From Candidatus Thalassarchaeaceae archaeon (GTDB lineage: Archaea; Thermoplasmatota; Poseidoniia; Poseidoniales; Thalassarchaeaceae): a DNA stretch of 35,947 bases. This document shows, piece by piece, positions 35,235-35,947 of this stretch. Each line of letters begins with the position of its first letter. Position 1 is the first letter of the stretch. Both the position numbers and the translations under genes were made by a program. The DNA lies in assembly GCA_030754395.1 (NCBI GenBank), contig JASMAJ010000001.1:1-35947 (forward strand), given 5' to 3'. The notes beneath the pieces were generated by a model that was given only the letters and a program-made list of their open reading frames with translations, had not been told where the DNA came from and made no database searches.

Positions 35235-35301
35235 AGCGAGCCACCGAGTAGGGTTCTCTATTTCAACAAAACCGCTTAACTAGTCCTTTGGTTCAAAAGC
35301 C

Positions 35302-35946
35302 TCAAACGCGGAATGAATTGTTTATTTCCTCTAATACATCCTTACTAGGTCGCATTTCATTTTCTGCAAGATCGATGAGTGGTGTTTCAGTCAGATCAAG
35401 GGCCTCATCTGCGGTTTTCATTTCTGAATTGTAATGTAACAGACCAGTCACGTGTCTGTTTTCCTTCTCCGCTTCGTGAATGGCTGAAAGAGCTGCAACT
35501 GCATCACTTGGGTCATGGTCATCTCCAATTGTTTCAAGTCGTAGTGTAGAGCCATCGAACAGTTTGATATCCTTGAACTCACCTTCTGGAATTTCTACTT
35601 CTTCGACAGGAGTGAAGTGAGGGATATAATCGACAGAATGTAATTCTTCATCATTGGCTTTGACATAATTGTATGATCTGTAAGATTCGTCATTATTTGC
35701 GAAGGTAACACATGGAGAAATGACATCTATAACGGCCATTCCTTTGTGTGAAAGTGCGGCTCTCATCAGTGCAGTGAGCTGTTTCTTACTTCCTGAGAAT
35801 GACCGTGCTACGAATCCGCATCCAAGATTGATAGCCATCTTACAGAGGTCAATTGGAGGATTCTCATTGGTGGTTCCTTTCTTTTTCTTTGATCCTTTTT
35901 CTACTGTTGCTGAGTACTGACCCTTGGTTAGTCCGTATACACCATT
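35302..35946 (-). CDS. korB: 2-oxoacid:ferredoxin oxidoreductase beta subunit (5'-partial)
   Basis: The frame is open to the window edge: NGVYGLTKGQYSAT...GFVARSFSG...IDVISPCVTF, typical of the TPP-binding beta subunit. Confidence 0.9.
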   Translation of the reverse strand, partial: NGVYGLTKGQYSATVEKGSKKKKGTTNENPPIDLCKMAINLGCGFVARSFSGSKKQLTALMRAALSHKGMAVIDVISPCVTFANNDESYRSYNYVKANDEELHSVDYIPHFTPVEEVEIPEGEFKDIKLFDGSTLRLETIGDDHDPSDAVAALSAIHEAEKENRHVTGLLHYNSEMKTADEALDLTETPLIDLAENEMRPSKDVLEEINNSFRV

Positions 35947-35947
35947 G

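Noticed and set aside
7..35920. Numerous 60-140 aa ORFs antisense to or nested in the long genes
   Set aside because: They are shadow frames of well-supported genes (often Ser/Ile-rich mirror images of acidic codons) with no independent motifs.

Overview
Archaeal chromosomal window, most consistent with Marine Group II Euryarchaeota (Ca. Poseidoniales). The lineage is inferred from gene content: RadA, Hel308, Cgi121, Rpo6/RpoK, aRqcH, archaeal-type A1:U72 tRNA-iMet and tRNA-Gln, bacterial-like CtaA/CtaB, TDO and thiolase, and very acidic secreted proteins. The first ~6.8 kb is a cluster of secreted/surface proteins (PKD-like membrane-anchored protein, tandem-dockerin protein, PI-PLC-like lipoprotein, beta-propeller lipoprotein). 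The rest is mostly housekeeping and heterotrophic metabolism, plus a large kexin-type protease with a Ca-binding repeat stalk. I found no mobile element, CRISPR array or rRNA. The most interesting signals are non-coding. (1) A candidate ~170-210 nt structured ncRNA on the minus strand (4071-4281) has its own promoter box and three single-stranded CCCCAA motifs. (2) An exact TTTCACTTTCA motif upstream of radA, with an inverted partial copy, matches the UV-response motif I recall from haloarchaea. (3) A non-canonical TT(C/G)A(A/T) promoter box recurs 27-32 nt before start codons, implying leaderless mRNAs. (4) GC-rich hairpins without U-tracts recur at or just after stop codons. An orphan HExxH...E metallopeptidase-like gene next to rqcH also merits follow-up. 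All family assignments come from motif recognition by eye; no database searches were run.
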